Source: Escherichia coli
GTDB taxonomy: Bacteria; Pseudomonadota; Gammaproteobacteria; Enterobacterales; Enterobacteriaceae
NCBI RefSeq assembly: GCF_030013595.1
Contig: NZ_CP122768.1
Reading direction: 5' to 3' (one strand)
DNA length: 64,000 bases
The notes beneath the pieces are model-generated. The model made no database searches. It saw nothing but the letters and a program-made list of their open reading frames with translations, and was not told the DNA's origin. Shown here in pieces: positions 48,567-59,028 of the stretch (within the stretch, counting starts at the first letter, position 1; each line of letters opens with the position of its first letter). A program made the position numbers and the translations under genes.

Positions 48567-48989
48567 TCACAGTATCGCCTCCTGAAATTTACCCTGATAG
48601 AAAGCCAGTACACGCTGCATAGCTGCGCTCTTCCGGCACTCGCTACAGATTATGTTCTGACGCCTGTCGTAGCGGCGTATTTCTCCGTCTGGTAATGACC
48701 AGATAAGGTCCGGATCAACCACAGATGTTTTCTTCAGATTTGCCCTTGAGAGTTTTTTGCGGGCATTTTGCCAGTCCTTACGCGCCTGCGCTGACGGGAA
48801 TAACCCGTAACCAGAGTTGTATACATCGCCGCTGGCAACCAGCTCTCTTGCGAGAACGCTCATCAGATATCTTGTTGCCCCAGTTTTAGCTTCCAGTTGT
48901 CGTAACGTCTCTCGCCCGCTCTGGCGTACGAGATCAACAATCTGCCCTTTAATTTTTTCCCGCTCTTCCTGTGTAAATACTTTTGCCAT
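48567..48989 (-). CDS. Hypothetical phage protein
   Basis: Start at MAKVF with AGGGGAGGG ribosome-binding site. Confidence 0.45.
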   Translation of the reverse strand: MAKVFTQEEREKIKGQIVDLVRQSGRETLRQLEAKTGATRYLMSVLARELVASGDVYNSGYGLFPSAQARKDWQNARKKLSRANLKKTSVVDPDLIWSLPDGEIRRYDRRQNIICSECRKSAAMQRVLAFYQGKFQEAIL

Positions 48990-49005
48990 AAGCCCTCCCC
49001 TGGAA

Positions 49006-49731
49006 TCACTTTTCCGACACAATACGACTGGAGGAATCAACAATCTGTCGGACAATATCCCGGTGCTTGTTCAGCTCCCGCAGCGCGGCGCAGACTCGCT
49101 CCCACTTCTGGACATGACTTTTCGCCCGGCGCAGTTCGCGGTTTGCCATATGCAGCGATGGTAAAATCAGGCCATTCGCTCGCGTTTCAGTGAACGATGG
49201 CAGTGACTGCACAAGGTCCGCCACAGTTTCTGTTTTAATTTCCTCCTGTGTTGCCGCTTCCTGTACTGGTAACGCAACACCGGCTGGCTGAGGAAAGGCT
49301 TTACCAGATGTTTTCGCTACCGATACAACTTTCGGCTCTGCTGGTAAATTACCGTCCGGCAGGCAGTAACGAAATTTACCGTTCTGATTTACGCGAATCA
49401 GACGACCTTTGCTGATGGCCATAGCCAGCGATGAGTTCACCCTGCGGGAAGTAATTCTGAATATCAGTGCAAGTTCATCAGCCGCTTTAGGGCCATGCTG
49501 TTCAATCGCCTCGATCAGCATTTGCGCTGTCACTTTAGAAGCCTGTGCCACAGATGCGTTTTCGTCGGTTTGAGTCAACCACCACATCGGGCCCTTGTTA
49601 TCAGCTTCCCCGCGACGCTTCAGTTTCCACAGCTCGTTAATCGCCTCATCCCGGGTCATTCCCAGACGTGCTGCCACTTCCTGGGAAGAGGCTTTTCCCA
49701 TTGCTTTCAGTGCGTCAAAAACGGTCTCCAT
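49006..49731 (-). CDS. Hypothetical phage protein
   Basis: Start at METVF with GGAGGAAA ribosome-binding site. Confidence 0.45.
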   Translation of the reverse strand: METVFDALKAMGKASSQEVAARLGMTRDEAINELWKLKRRGEADNKGPMWWLTQTDENASVAQASKVTAQMLIEAIEQHGPKAADELALIFRITSRRVNSSLAMAISKGRLIRVNQNGKFRYCLPDGNLPAEPKVVSVAKTSGKAFPQPAGVALPVQEAATQEEIKTETVADLVQSLPSFTETRANGLILPSLHMANRELRRAKSHVQKWERVCAALRELNKHRDIVRQIVDSSSRIVSEK

Positions 49732-49765
49732 TAAAATTTCCTCCCGGTAAAAATTACTTCTCAAC

Positions 49766-50227
49766 TCAAACAAAACCAGCCGCTTTCCGGCGTTCATATT
49801 CCTGTTTCAGCAACTCAATTGGCGTTGGTCCCGACGGGTGTTTGGGTGCCGCCAGTTGTCGCCGGACTGGCGGAATGCTCAGGCCATTACCAACATGCTT
49901 TGCCCATTTCGTCAGTTGCCATTCTGCAAGCCGTTTTAACTCCCCTTCGGTCATCTGGCGCTCAATCCCCTTTGAACGCATCTCGAGGCAAATGTGATAC
50001 AGCACAGGCTGAGACCACGGGTACTTATCACTTCCGTCGTATCGCCAGGACTCATTGCGCCAGCGGCGGTACTCCTCCATCACAGCATCCACCGTCAGAC
50101 CAAATGGATTGGCTCCGCTTTCCGAAATCAGCGCCACAAACTCAGCCAGGTCCGGAGGCCATGTTTCACCCGCCCGGCAGCGGTCCATGCACTGGCGGCA
50201 GACCTGCCGGATTTGCTGCTCAGTCAT
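49766..50227 (-). CDS. Replication protein, lambda P-like (helicase loader C-terminal region)
   Basis: DKYPWSQPVLYHICLEMRS...TEGELKRLA parallels lambda P (ESYPWKSNAHYWLVTNLYQ...TDAELRRKA); start set just after the initiator stop. Confidence 0.6.
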   Translation of the reverse strand: MTEQQIRQVCRQCMDRCRAGETWPPDLAEFVALISESGANPFGLTVDAVMEEYRRWRNESWRYDGSDKYPWSQPVLYHICLEMRSKGIERQMTEGELKRLAEWQLTKWAKHVGNGLSIPPVRRQLAAPKHPSGPTPIELLKQEYERRKAAGFV

Positions 50228-51245
50228 CGCGCCAATCTGTGCAATCCAGAGCTTCGAAGGTGCGGCCCCGTTCTTCTGGGTCCAGCGGTTCGAATAAACC
50301 TCCCCCATGAGTTCCCACAGCTTCCAGGCCGTTTCCGTCGCTGATAAATCCGTTTTCACGTTCCCACTGCTCACGTGCTGCCCGAATTTCCTGAACTGCT
50401 CGTGATGCGGTGCCACCTGGTGCTGCTGCATGGTTTACCCCCTTGCTGACTGGTTTAACCTGCGCCCTGACGTGATTTACGTGACGGGCGAATTTCTGCT
50501 CCCACTGAATCTGCGTGAACACTTTCCCCTCCGCTGCCCAGTAGTCCCGGAAGGCTGCAAATTCAGCTGGTGTAAATTCCGGCTCAGGCAGAGCCACTCC
50601 CCACAGAGCAGCCCGTCGTCGAAAATCCGGCGACGGATGCCAGCCATCGGTCATCGGAAATTTCCCGATGGGTTCGCTCATGCCGTCCAGATATTCGGGC
50701 TCCGGTGTCTGCGATGGCGTACCGTTCGACTCACTGGTCGTAGCTCTCTCGCGCACGCGCGCGTTATGTGTGGGGTTTAATTCTTTATCTGTATCTTTAT
50801 CTGTCGTGACTCGTCGTGACATGTCGTGACATATGCGTGACTCGTCGTGACACCCCTCATTCTGTTTTCGTAATTTTTCCCTCTCGCGCTGCGCTCTCTT
50901 GCGCTCTGCCGGGGATTTCGCGGTTTGTGAAACGTTGCCATTGTCCTCTTTCAGTACCTGGCGTTTTTCCCATCCAGTGATTAAATCACCATCAAGTACC
51001 CGCCCCTGCATCGTCTGCAAAATTGAATCAATTACCTCTTCTGTCACGTCGAGCGCACTTGCCAAATCTTCTGTCGTGACATCAATGTGACCTCGCGTGA
51101 CATTTCGTGACGCGCTCACCAGGAGGTGGATATACACTGCCATCACTGTTGCAATTGGCTGCCCTGACACCCTGGCAATTGTTCGCCACTTAGGGTCATT
51201 TGGCATGTCATGCCATAATCTGAGCCAAGCGTTAGCCATACTCAC
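50220..51245 (-). CDS. Replication initiator (YdaU/O-like) containing the origin iterons
   Basis: 341 aa; two clusters of TCGTGAC iterons inside the coding sequence, as in lambda O/ori. Confidence 0.6.
   Translation of the reverse strand: MSMANAWLRLWHDMPNDPKWRTIARVSGQPIATVMAVYIHLLVSASRNVTRGHIDVTTEDLASALDVTEEVIDSILQTMQGRVLDGDLITGWEKRQVLKEDNGNVSQTAKSPAERKRAQREREKLRKQNEGCHDESRICHDMSRRVTTDKDTDKELNPTHNARVRERATTSESNGTPSQTPEPEYLDGMSEPIGKFPMTDGWHPSPDFRRRAALWGVALPEPEFTPAEFAAFRDYWAAEGKVFTQIQWEQKFARHVNHVRAQVKPVSKGVNHAAAPGGTASRAVQEIRAAREQWERENGFISDGNGLEAVGTHGGGLFEPLDPEERGRTFEALDCTDWRDD
50801..51112. repeat. Origin-like iterons: two clusters (about 50801-50853 and 51072-51112) of GTCGTGAC-type repeats at roughly 10-bp spacing
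   Basis: Five and four copies respectively, flanking an AT-rich tract. Confidence 0.6.
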
Positions 51246-51310
51246 CTCTTCTGATACCGAATCTTTTTACTCACGAGTTGCCGGAAGTGATTCGATATGG
51301 CTATTGTCAG

Positions 51311-51736
51311 TCAATGTACTGCCACAGCATTTCCTGCCGGGCCACCACGGTTCATCTGATTGAAACCGGCGATTGCCACTGCGACAAAATCATCAGCGTC
51401 TCTCACCAGTCGCTCCCGCGTCTCCACCAGCTCCCGAAAATAAGCTGAACTGTGGCTGCGCATTCTGGCCACCAGCAAAGGTGGCATTGCCTTTTCGATC
51501 GCTGGTAACAACGTCTGAATTTTTTCAACTGCATCAGGGGTGTCTTTCTCTACCCAGCGGAAAATTTTCTGGGTATTGCGAGCCAGGGCTTCCGGATGGC
51601 TATCGTCATACAGTTCAGGAAACGTCATACCCAACTCAAAATAAGCCTGGGTTATTCCAGCTGCTGGAACTTTTTCGCCATCAGGACGCGCCCAGGCATT
51701 CATCGCCATGCGGATGTGTTCATGCTTGATTTTCAT
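51311..51736 (-). CDS. ydaT: YdaT-like protein (Rac prophage family)
   Basis: Begins MKIKHEHI as I recall E. coli YdaT; 141 aa. Confidence 0.55.
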   Translation of the reverse strand: MKIKHEHIRMAMNAWARPDGEKVPAAGITQAYFELGMTFPELYDDSHPEALARNTQKIFRWVEKDTPDAVEKIQTLLPAIEKAMPPLLVARMRSHSSAYFRELVETRERLVRDADDFVAVAIAGFNQMNRGGPAGNAVAVH

Positions 51737-51758
51737 GAATCATTTGCCTCTTGATGTT

Positions 51759-52055
51759 TCAGGTATGATCAAATGAGGATTTGTTACTGTCATTTAGTTG
51801 CTTCACTGACATATTCTGCGAACAACATGCCGAACGTCGTAAATATGACCAGTCAATATCAGGACGAAGTTCTTCGCACAGAACCTCACCTCTTGTTGCA
51901 CGTTCAATTGCTGGACATCTCTCGGCAGGCAATTGACGTACCCCTTTGATCCATTGATTTACGCTTGGAGGTGATACACCTAAAAGCCTAGCCATTGCTG
52001 ATTGCCCACCGACAACAGCACAAGCTTGCTTGAATGAATAGTTCTCTTTTTTCAT
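51759..52055 (-). CDS. ydaS: Cro-like HTH protein, YdaS-like
   Basis: MKKENYSFKQACAVVGGQSAMARLLGVSPPSVNQW matches my memory of Rac YdaS; divergent from the repressor. Confidence 0.6.
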   Translation of the reverse strand: MKKENYSFKQACAVVGGQSAMARLLGVSPPSVNQWIKGVRQLPAERCPAIERATRGEVLCEELRPDIDWSYLRRSACCSQNMSVKQLNDSNKSSFDHT

Positions 52056-52084
52056 CGAATGAACTCCAAAAACACACAGAAATA

Positions 52085-52151
52085 TTAGGCGACGCCTAAC
52101 ACAAATGTCAATAGGCTGTGCCTAATGCGATAAAGGTAGGAATTGCCTAAT
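52085..52151. promoter_or_regulatory. Operator region: three TTAGGC-n3-GCCTAA-type palindromes between the divergent ydaS-like and repressor genes
   Basis: TTAGGCGACGCCTAA (perfect), ATAGGCTGTGCCTAAT, TAGGAATTGCCTAAT. Confidence 0.6.
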
Positions 52152-52178
52152 ACAATGAGCATAGGAGAATATTAAGCA

Positions 52179-52655
52179 ATGCTTAGTGGTAAAGACTTAG
52201 GCCGAGCGATAGAGCAGGCCATTAACAAAAAAATCGCATCGGGATCCGTCAAATCAAAGGCGGAGGTCGCACGCCACTTCAAAGTCCAACCACCATCAAT
52301 TTATGACTGGATTAAGAAAGGCTCTATAAGTAAAGATAAACTTCCAGAATTATGGCGTTTCTTTTCTGATGTTGTTGGTCCAGAGCATTGGGGGCTTAAC
52401 GAATACCCCATACCAACCCCCACCAATTCAGATACAAAAAGTGAACTTTTAGATATAAACAACCTTTATCAAGCAGCCTCTGATGAAATAAGAGCGATTG
52501 TAGCTTTCCTGTTATCTGGAAATGCTACAGAACCAGATTGGGTTGACCACGATGTTCGCGCCTACATAGCAGCGATGGAAATGAAAGTGGGTAAGTATCT
52601 GAAAGCTCTAGAATCTGAACGGAAAAGCCAGAACATCACAAAAACTGGAACTTAA
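52179..52655 (+). CDS. Prophage repressor (XRE-type HTH, RacR-like position)
   Basis: 158 aa; N-terminal helix-turn-helix; flanked on both sides by the same palindromic operator motif. Confidence 0.6.
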   Translation: MLSGKDLGRAIEQAINKKIASGSVKSKAEVARHFKVQPPSIYDWIKKGSISKDKLPELWRFFSDVVGPEHWGLNEYPIPTPTNSDTKSELLDINNLYQAASDEIRAIVAFLLSGNATEPDWVDHDVRAYIAAMEMKVGKYLKALESERKSQNITKTGT

Positions 52656-52970
52656 ACTTATATGGTCTGACGGAAAACTCCTGGATTCCGTTATTTAACC
52701 CCCCATCACTTTCTGCTGTCGCCATCACCTATTAGGTTACGATCAAAACATTAGGCATAGCCTATTGACAATCAATTAGGCATTACCTATAGTTCCAGCA
52801 TACCACCCACCCCGCCCCACAGAACGCAGGGCAATACTTCGAGTTACCAGGCAGTGGTCAGGGGTTAAGTAGCCAGCCCGAGGCGTAAGAACATGACGGC
52901 AGGGTTCAACTTTAACTATGCAGCAGGTTTTTGTTCCGCCACCCCGGCGTTAAGGGGAAATGAGGTCAGC

Positions 52971-53126
52971 ATGGATACTATCGATCTTGGCAACAGCGAA
53001 TCTCTGGTATGTGGCGTGTTCCCCAACCAGGACGGCACGTTCACTGCGATGACGTATACCAAAAGCAAAACGTTTAAAACCGAATCTGGCGCGCGTCGCT
53101 GGCTGGAAAGAAACTCAGGTGAGTGA
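52971..53126 (+). CDS. Small Rac-type protein (YdaF-like)
   Basis: MDTIDLGNSESLV... 51 aa with AAGGGGAAATGAGG ribosome-binding site; assignment from memory. Confidence 0.4.
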   Translation: MDTIDLGNSESLVCGVFPNQDGTFTAMTYTKSKTFKTESGARRWLERNSGE

Positions 53127-55109
53127 TATGGATTTCGACACAATCATGGAAAAGGCTTACGAAGAATACTTCGAAGGCCTTGCCGAAGGCGAAGAAGCTC
53201 TCAGCTTCAGTGAGTTTAAACAGGCGCTTTCCAGCTCGGCAAAATCTAACGGCTGATAAGCGAAGCAGCACCGCGAGGAATCAGTATGCAGAAACGAGAA
53301 CCCGTCATCATCGCGCCAGACTATACCGATGATGAACTTTATGAGTGGATGCGCCAGAAAATTAATGCAGCGCAGGATCTGAAATGGGCCAATGAAGCCA
53401 GGGCTAAGCAGGCTGAAAATCTGTCCGCTCTGGAGCAGGATATCACCAGGCTGGAAAAAGCAGCGGCATTAAGCATTGCCAGAATGATTTCATACCCGCG
53501 TTAATAGCTAACCAACGAAGCTAAGGTTGGTAATTAAGGAGTTCTCCACGGGTCAGGTGGAGTGCGTGCGCCGGACACGGGTGAGCATCCGGTACGTTCT
53601 TTAAAAATCTGGATAGTCCCAACTTATTTAAACGGTTAATTATCTTGAGTTCATCCAGAACTTATTATTGCAAGCGAGGCAAAAAGTACGAAAATGAGCA
53701 TCAAAGCGCATTATTTCCATTGGCTGAAGTACAGATATTACCTTTTTTCCAAAACATTGTGGGCAAAGATACACAGTTATCTCAGTATCGCCTATAAATT
53801 GCTTCTTGGAATATACAAGGGTTCCAGAATCAAGCTTGTTAAGCTTGTAACCTTCCGCCTGTCGCTGAAAATCTTCTGTCTCTGCAATTTTTGCTTTGAG
53901 ATGCATTATCTCTTCATCACGAAAGCGGATCGCATCGCAAAGAGAGAAGCATTCCGCCTGAAGCGTGATTAGTTTGTTCTGAAGTTCAATAGTTGCGGCT
54001 TTAACTTCTGCATCCGTTTTTGCGTCATTAATAACCTTAGCGAGACCAGCTGTCTCCTTTATCGCAGCCATAGCCGCTGACAGTTCTGCTATCACGTTGA
54101 GTACTCTTCTCGTTGTTGGGGATATCCGGATTATACAAATTTCTTGTTGTTGGGGAATAACAGGAACCACCTCGCCTGACGTGGTTAAAAGCAGGCACAC
54201 AACGCGAAAGCGTACGGCGAGGTAGCTGGTTCATAGATAGCCTGTCGTTAAATTTTCGTCGACCGTGCACTTCCGGTTGTGGCAATCCGCGAAATGGCGC
54301 GGCGGTAAGTATGGCTGGGTTATCCTTACCCCATTAGTGGCACCGGGTTGTCAGGTTGACCATACGCTTAAGTGACAACCCCGCTGCAACAACCCATGTT
54401 GATTACCTTTTGGCGGGTATCCGTTTTTTGTTTTCCCTTGTGATACCCGCCCTTTTTAAAGTGAATTTTGTGATGCGGTGAATGCGGCTCAGCGCACGCG
54501 GAACAGTTAAAAAGGCCAGTTGACTTCCGTATTGGTTCTTATGGGTGGGTTCTCTGTATCCGGCGTTAATTATTAACTGGTTAACGTCACCTGGAGGCAC
54601 CAGGCACCGCATCACAAAATTCATTGTTGAGGATGCGATAATGGAAACGTTATTACCAAACGTCAATACGTCTGAAGGTTGTTTTGAAATTGGTGTCAGA
54701 ATCAGTAACCCTGTATTTACTGAAGATGCCATTAATAAGAGAAAACACGAACGGGAGCTATTAAATCAAATATGCATTGTTTCAATGCTGGCCCGTTTAC
54801 GCCTGATGCAAAAAGGACGATGACAATGAATACAGTATTTGCACTCGTTCTGACGGTTTTTCTTAATACAGGCGAGCCAGTCGATCTTGTTATTGGTATA
54901 CATGACTCAATGAAAGAATGCATGGCTGCCGCAGCGGAACAGAAAATTCCCGGCAACTGTTATCCGGTTGATAAAGTTATTCGCATGGACAATAACGAAA
55001 TCCCGGCAGGACTTAAAACAGCACCGTAATTAATATCCGGTTTCATTTTTATATGCCAGCAATGGCAGGGATTTGTTCACCCTTAAATCTGTAATGAGGT
55101 TAAAACAAA

Positions 55110-57581
55110 ATGAGTAAAGTCTTTATTTGCGCCGCCATTCCGGACGAACAGGCAATAAAGGAAGAAGGTGCAGTCGCTGTAGCCACTGCCATTGAAGCCG
55201 GCGACGAACGCCGCGCCCGAGCCAAATTTACCTGGCAATTCCTGGAGCAATATCCGGCTGCTCAGGACTGCGCTTATAAATTTCTTGTTTGCGAGGATAA
55301 ACCCGGCATGCCCCGCCCTGCCATCGACTCCTGGGATACCGAATATATGCAGGAAAACTGCTGGGATGAGGAATCCGCTTCCTTTATTCCGGTCGAACCA
55401 GAATCCGATCCGATGAACGTCAATTTTGACAAGCTGTCCCCTGAAGTACAGAACGCGGTCCTGGTTAAGTTCGACACATGTGAAAACATCACCGTTGATA
55501 TGGTTATTAGCGCACAGGAATTGTTGCAGGAAGACATGGCAACATTCGACGGACATATCGTTGAAGCGTTGATGAAAATGCCAGAAGTTAACGCCATGTA
55601 TCCGGAGCTTAAGTTGCACGCCATTGGGTGGGTTAAGCATAAATGTATTCCTGGTGCTAAATGGCCCGAAATTCAGGCAGAGATGCGCATCTGGAAAAAA
55701 CGTCGCGAAGGTGAACGCAAGGAAACCGGAAAATACACGTCTGTTGTTGATCTCGCCCGCGCCAGAGCCAATCAACAGTACACTGACAATTCAACAGGAA
55801 AAATCAGCCCGGTCATTGCTGCCACTCATCGCGAATACAAGCAGACATGGAAAACACTGGATGACGAACTGGCCTACGCTCTCTGGCCTGGTGATGTGGA
55901 TGCCGGAAACATTGACGGCAGCATCCATCGCTGGGCAAAAAATGAAGTTATCGACAACGACCGCGAAGACTGGAAGCGTATCTCGGCATCAATGCGCAAA
56001 CAGCCTGATGCCCTTCGCTACGACCGCCAGACTATTTTTGGCCTTGTCCGTGAACGTCCGATCGACATTCACAAAGACCCTGTGGCACTGAACAAATACA
56101 TTACTGAATACCTGACTACAAAGGGCGTGTTTGAAGATGAAGGAAGAAATCAGAGCGCAACTGATACTCTCTCGTCGCCAGTACCAGAAACTGATGCAGT
56201 GGAAACGGCAATTCCGGACAACGAAAAAACCGAATGCAAAGTGGAAGTCGAACCATCTGTAGAGCGTGAGGGGCCGTTCTACTTCCTCTTCACCGACAAG
56301 GATGGCGAAAAATATGGTCGCGCAAACAAACTTTCTGGTCTGAATAAGGCGCTGACTGCAGGGGCTACTGAAATCACGAAAGAAGAATATTTTGCCCGTA
56401 AAAACGGTACATACTCAGGTTCACAACAAAATACTGGTGCATCTGACACGACCGCACAACCAGAGCCGGTAAAAGTTACCGCTGACGAAGTAAACAAAAT
56501 TATGCAGGCAGCCAATATCAGCCAGCCTGACGCCGATAAGTTGCTTGCTGTATCACGTGGTGAATTTGTTGCAGGGATTAGCGACCCGAATGATCCGAAA
56601 TGGGTGAAGGGGATTGAAACCCGCGATTCAGTGAATCAGAACCAGCAAGAAACGGAACAGAACGACCAGAAAGCGGAACAAAACAGCCCAAATGCGTTAC
56701 AAAACGAGCCAGAAACGAAACAACCTGAGCCAGTAGCGCAACAGGAAGCGGAAAAAGTCTGCACCGCCTGCGGTCAGACCGGCGGCGGCAACTGCCCTGA
56801 TTGTGGTGCGGTGATGGGCGACGCAACATACCAGGAAACATTCGATGACAAGAACCAGGTTGAAGTTCAGGAAGACGATTCGGAGAAAATGGAAGGCGCT
56901 GAACATCCACACAAAGAGAATGCTGGCAGCGCTCAGGATCACGCCAGCGATAGTGAAACTGGCGAGACGGCAGATCCCTTAATTACGGTGAACGGTCATC
57001 ACGTTATCACATCCACCAGCAGGACGTGTGACCATCTAATGATCGACCTTGAAACCATGGGAAAAAATCCTGATGCCCCGATTATCTCAATAGGTGCAAT
57101 ATTTTTCGATCCGCAAACCGGAGATATGGGACCGGAATTTAGTAAGACTATCGATCTGGAAACTGCTGGCGGAGTCATTGATCGGGACACCATTAAATGG
57201 TGGCTTAAGCAATCACGCGAAGCGCAATCTGCCATTATGACCGATGAAATCCCGTTAGATGATGCACTGTTACAATTGCGGGAATTTATCGACGAAAACT
57301 CCGGTGAATTTTTTGTTCAGGTCTGGGGAAATGGAGCCAACTTCGACAACACGATTTTGCGCCGTTCATACGAACGGCAGGGGATCCCCTGCCCGTGGCG
57401 TTACTACAACGATCGCGATGTACGCACAATCGTTGAGCTGGGGAAAGCCATAGACTTCGATGCCAGAACGGCTATTCCATTCGAAGGTGAGCGCCATAAT
57501 GCACTTGATGACGCCCGTTACCAGGCAAAATACGTTTCAGCAATCTGGCAAAAACTGATCCCGAATCCGGTTGATTTTTAA
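55110..57581 (+). CDS. Large exonuclease, RecE-like middle region with C-terminal DEDD-type 3'-5' exonuclease-like motifs
   Basis: 823 aa; segment DKLLAVSRGEFVAGISDPNDPKWVKGIETRDSVNQNQ resembles RecE as I remember it; C-terminus has DLET, NGANFD and HNALDDA motifs. Confidence 0.55.
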   Translation: MSKVFICAAIPDEQAIKEEGAVAVATAIEAGDERRARAKFTWQFLEQYPAAQDCAYKFLVCEDKPGMPRPAIDSWDTEYMQENCWDEESASFIPVEPESDPMNVNFDKLSPEVQNAVLVKFDTCENITVDMVISAQELLQEDMATFDGHIVEALMKMPEVNAMYPELKLHAIGWVKHKCIPGAKWPEIQAEMRIWKKRREGERKETGKYTSVVDLARARANQQYTDNSTGKISPVIAATHREYKQTWKTLDDELAYALWPGDVDAGNIDGSIHRWAKNEVIDNDREDWKRISASMRKQPDALRYDRQTIFGLVRERPIDIHKDPVALNKYITEYLTTKGVFEDEGRNQSATDTLSSPVPETDAVETAIPDNEKTECKVEVEPSVEREGPFYFLFTDKDGEKYGRANKLSGLNKALTAGATEITKEEYFARKNGTYSGSQQNTGASDTTAQPEPVKVTADEVNKIMQAANISQPDADKLLAVSRGEFVAGISDPNDPKWVKGIETRDSVNQNQQETEQNDQKAEQNSPNALQNEPETKQPEPVAQQEAEKVCTACGQTGGGNCPDCGAVMGDATYQETFDDKNQVEVQEDDSEKMEGAEHPHKENAGSAQDHASDSETGETADPLITVNGHHVITSTSRTCDHLMIDLETMGKNPDAPIISIGAIFFDPQTGDMGPEFSKTIDLETAGGVIDRDTIKWWLKQSREAQSAIMTDEIPLDDALLQLREFIDENSGEFFVQVWGNGANFDNTILRRSYERQGIPCPWRYYNDRDVRTIVELGKAIDFDARTAIPFEGERHNALDDARYQAKYVSAIWQKLIPNPVDF

Positions 57582-57647
57582 TGTTCAACCCTGATCGCCG
57601 TCCCCGAATTATATTGGCGGCGGTCATGCTGTAAGGCACGTGACCAC

Positions 57648-57899
57648 ATGTACGAATTAACTCTATCGCCAGCAGAGATTCAAGAGATCACGAAATACGA
57701 GCGATACACAAAACAGCAACACCAGTTAAGGCTGCACGGTATCCCATTTGTAATCGGTCCTAAAAACGAACCAATAGTTCTTCGCAGGGATATTCCACAC
57801 GGACTGACTACGATGCCAAAAGCACCTGAACTGGTTTCCGCTGAACCCGATTTTGAGGCGCTGAACAATGGGAAGACCAAGAAAAAACAAAAAAGATAA
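57648..57899 (+). CDS. xis: Excisionase-like protein
   Basis: 83-aa basic protein immediately upstream of and overlapping int. Confidence 0.55.
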   Translation: MYELTLSPAEIQEITKYERYTKQQHQLRLHGIPFVIGPKNEPIVLRRDIPHGLTTMPKAPELVSAEPDFEALNNGKTKKKQKR

Positions 57900-58887
57900 T
57901 GCACTACCACCGCGTGTTAGATCGAATGGTTACAGTTACGTATGGAAACCCGAAGGAAGCACAAGAACTATAGGGCTCGGAAGAGTGCGGGAAACCAGCG
58001 TAGCTAAAGTCTGGCAAAATTATGAGCTGGAAAAAGCAAAACTCCACAACATAATGACAGTAGCTAAATTATGGCACATGTTTATGGACTCCCCTGCATT
58101 TACAGAACTGGCCCCCCGAACCCAAAAAGATTATCGGCAACATCAAAGGGCATTGTTGGCAGTATTCGGAAAAGTGCTTGCTGATAATGTAAAAATTGAA
58201 CAGGTAAGAATTTTCATGGATAAGCGAGGACTTGAGAGCAAGACCCAAGCAAACCATGAACTGGCAAGTCTGAGCCGTGTATACGGATGGGGATATGAGC
58301 GTGGGTATGTGAAAAATAATCCATGCAAAGGAGTCAGAAAATTCACACTTAAAGCCCGTACTGTTTACATCACCGATGAACAGTATGCTGCAATATATGC
58401 GGAAGCAATTCCACAGTTACGTATTGCAATGGAGATATCCTATCTTTGTGCGGCAAGGCTCGGTGATGTACTCGAGCTGAAATGGCAGGATATTATGGAG
58501 AAAGGGATTTACATTGAGCAAAACAAGACCGGCACTAAACAAATCAAGGAATGGTCTCCGCGATTACGTACGGCGATCCAGTTAGCCCGAAATGTATCTT
58601 CCGGCACATGCGAGTATGTGATCAACACAACCAAAGGCGGGAAGGTAATAGCCAAGACGCTGAACAACTGGTGGAATCAGGCTAAACGTGCAGCCGAGCA
58701 AAAAGCCGGCGTTCCGTTTGGGTGCAACTTCCATGACATAAAAGCCAAAGGGATTTCAGATTACGAAGGCAGCAGTCGCGACAAACAAATTTTCAGTGGA
58801 CACAAAACAGAAAATCAGGTGTTGATTTACGATCGTAAAACCAAAATAACACCAACACTGGATTTGCCGCTTGTGGTCAGTAAGTAG
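57868..58887 (+). CDS. int: Tyrosine integrase (lambdoid)
   Basis: 339 aa with ARLGD and H..K...Y-type C-terminal catalytic region; adjacent to the tRNA att fragment. Confidence 0.8.
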   Translation: MGRPRKNKKDNALPPRVRSNGYSYVWKPEGSTRTIGLGRVRETSVAKVWQNYELEKAKLHNIMTVAKLWHMFMDSPAFTELAPRTQKDYRQHQRALLAVFGKVLADNVKIEQVRIFMDKRGLESKTQANHELASLSRVYGWGYERGYVKNNPCKGVRKFTLKARTVYITDEQYAAIYAEAIPQLRIAMEISYLCAARLGDVLELKWQDIMEKGIYIEQNKTGTKQIKEWSPRLRTAIQLARNVSSGTCEYVINTTKGGKVIAKTLNNWWNQAKRAAEQKAGVPFGCNFHDIKAKGISDYEGSSRDKQIFSGHKTENQVLIYDRKTKITPTLDLPLVVSK

Positions 58888-59028
58888 GCAATACAGAAAA
58901 TTTTCTGGCAAAAAGACTTGGTATATTAACTCTGAATAACTCCCTAATATATTGATTTTTCTTGGTGTCAAGTCTGATTAACTTTTCGGATATTTTCCGT
59001 ATTATACTGATTTTTCTTTATTTTTCTT

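Noticed and set aside
49819-50344. Plus-strand ORFs (116-163 aa) antisense to the lambdoid replication genes
   Set aside because: Pro/Arg/Ser-rich, no start context; the minus-strand initiator and P-like genes have motif support.
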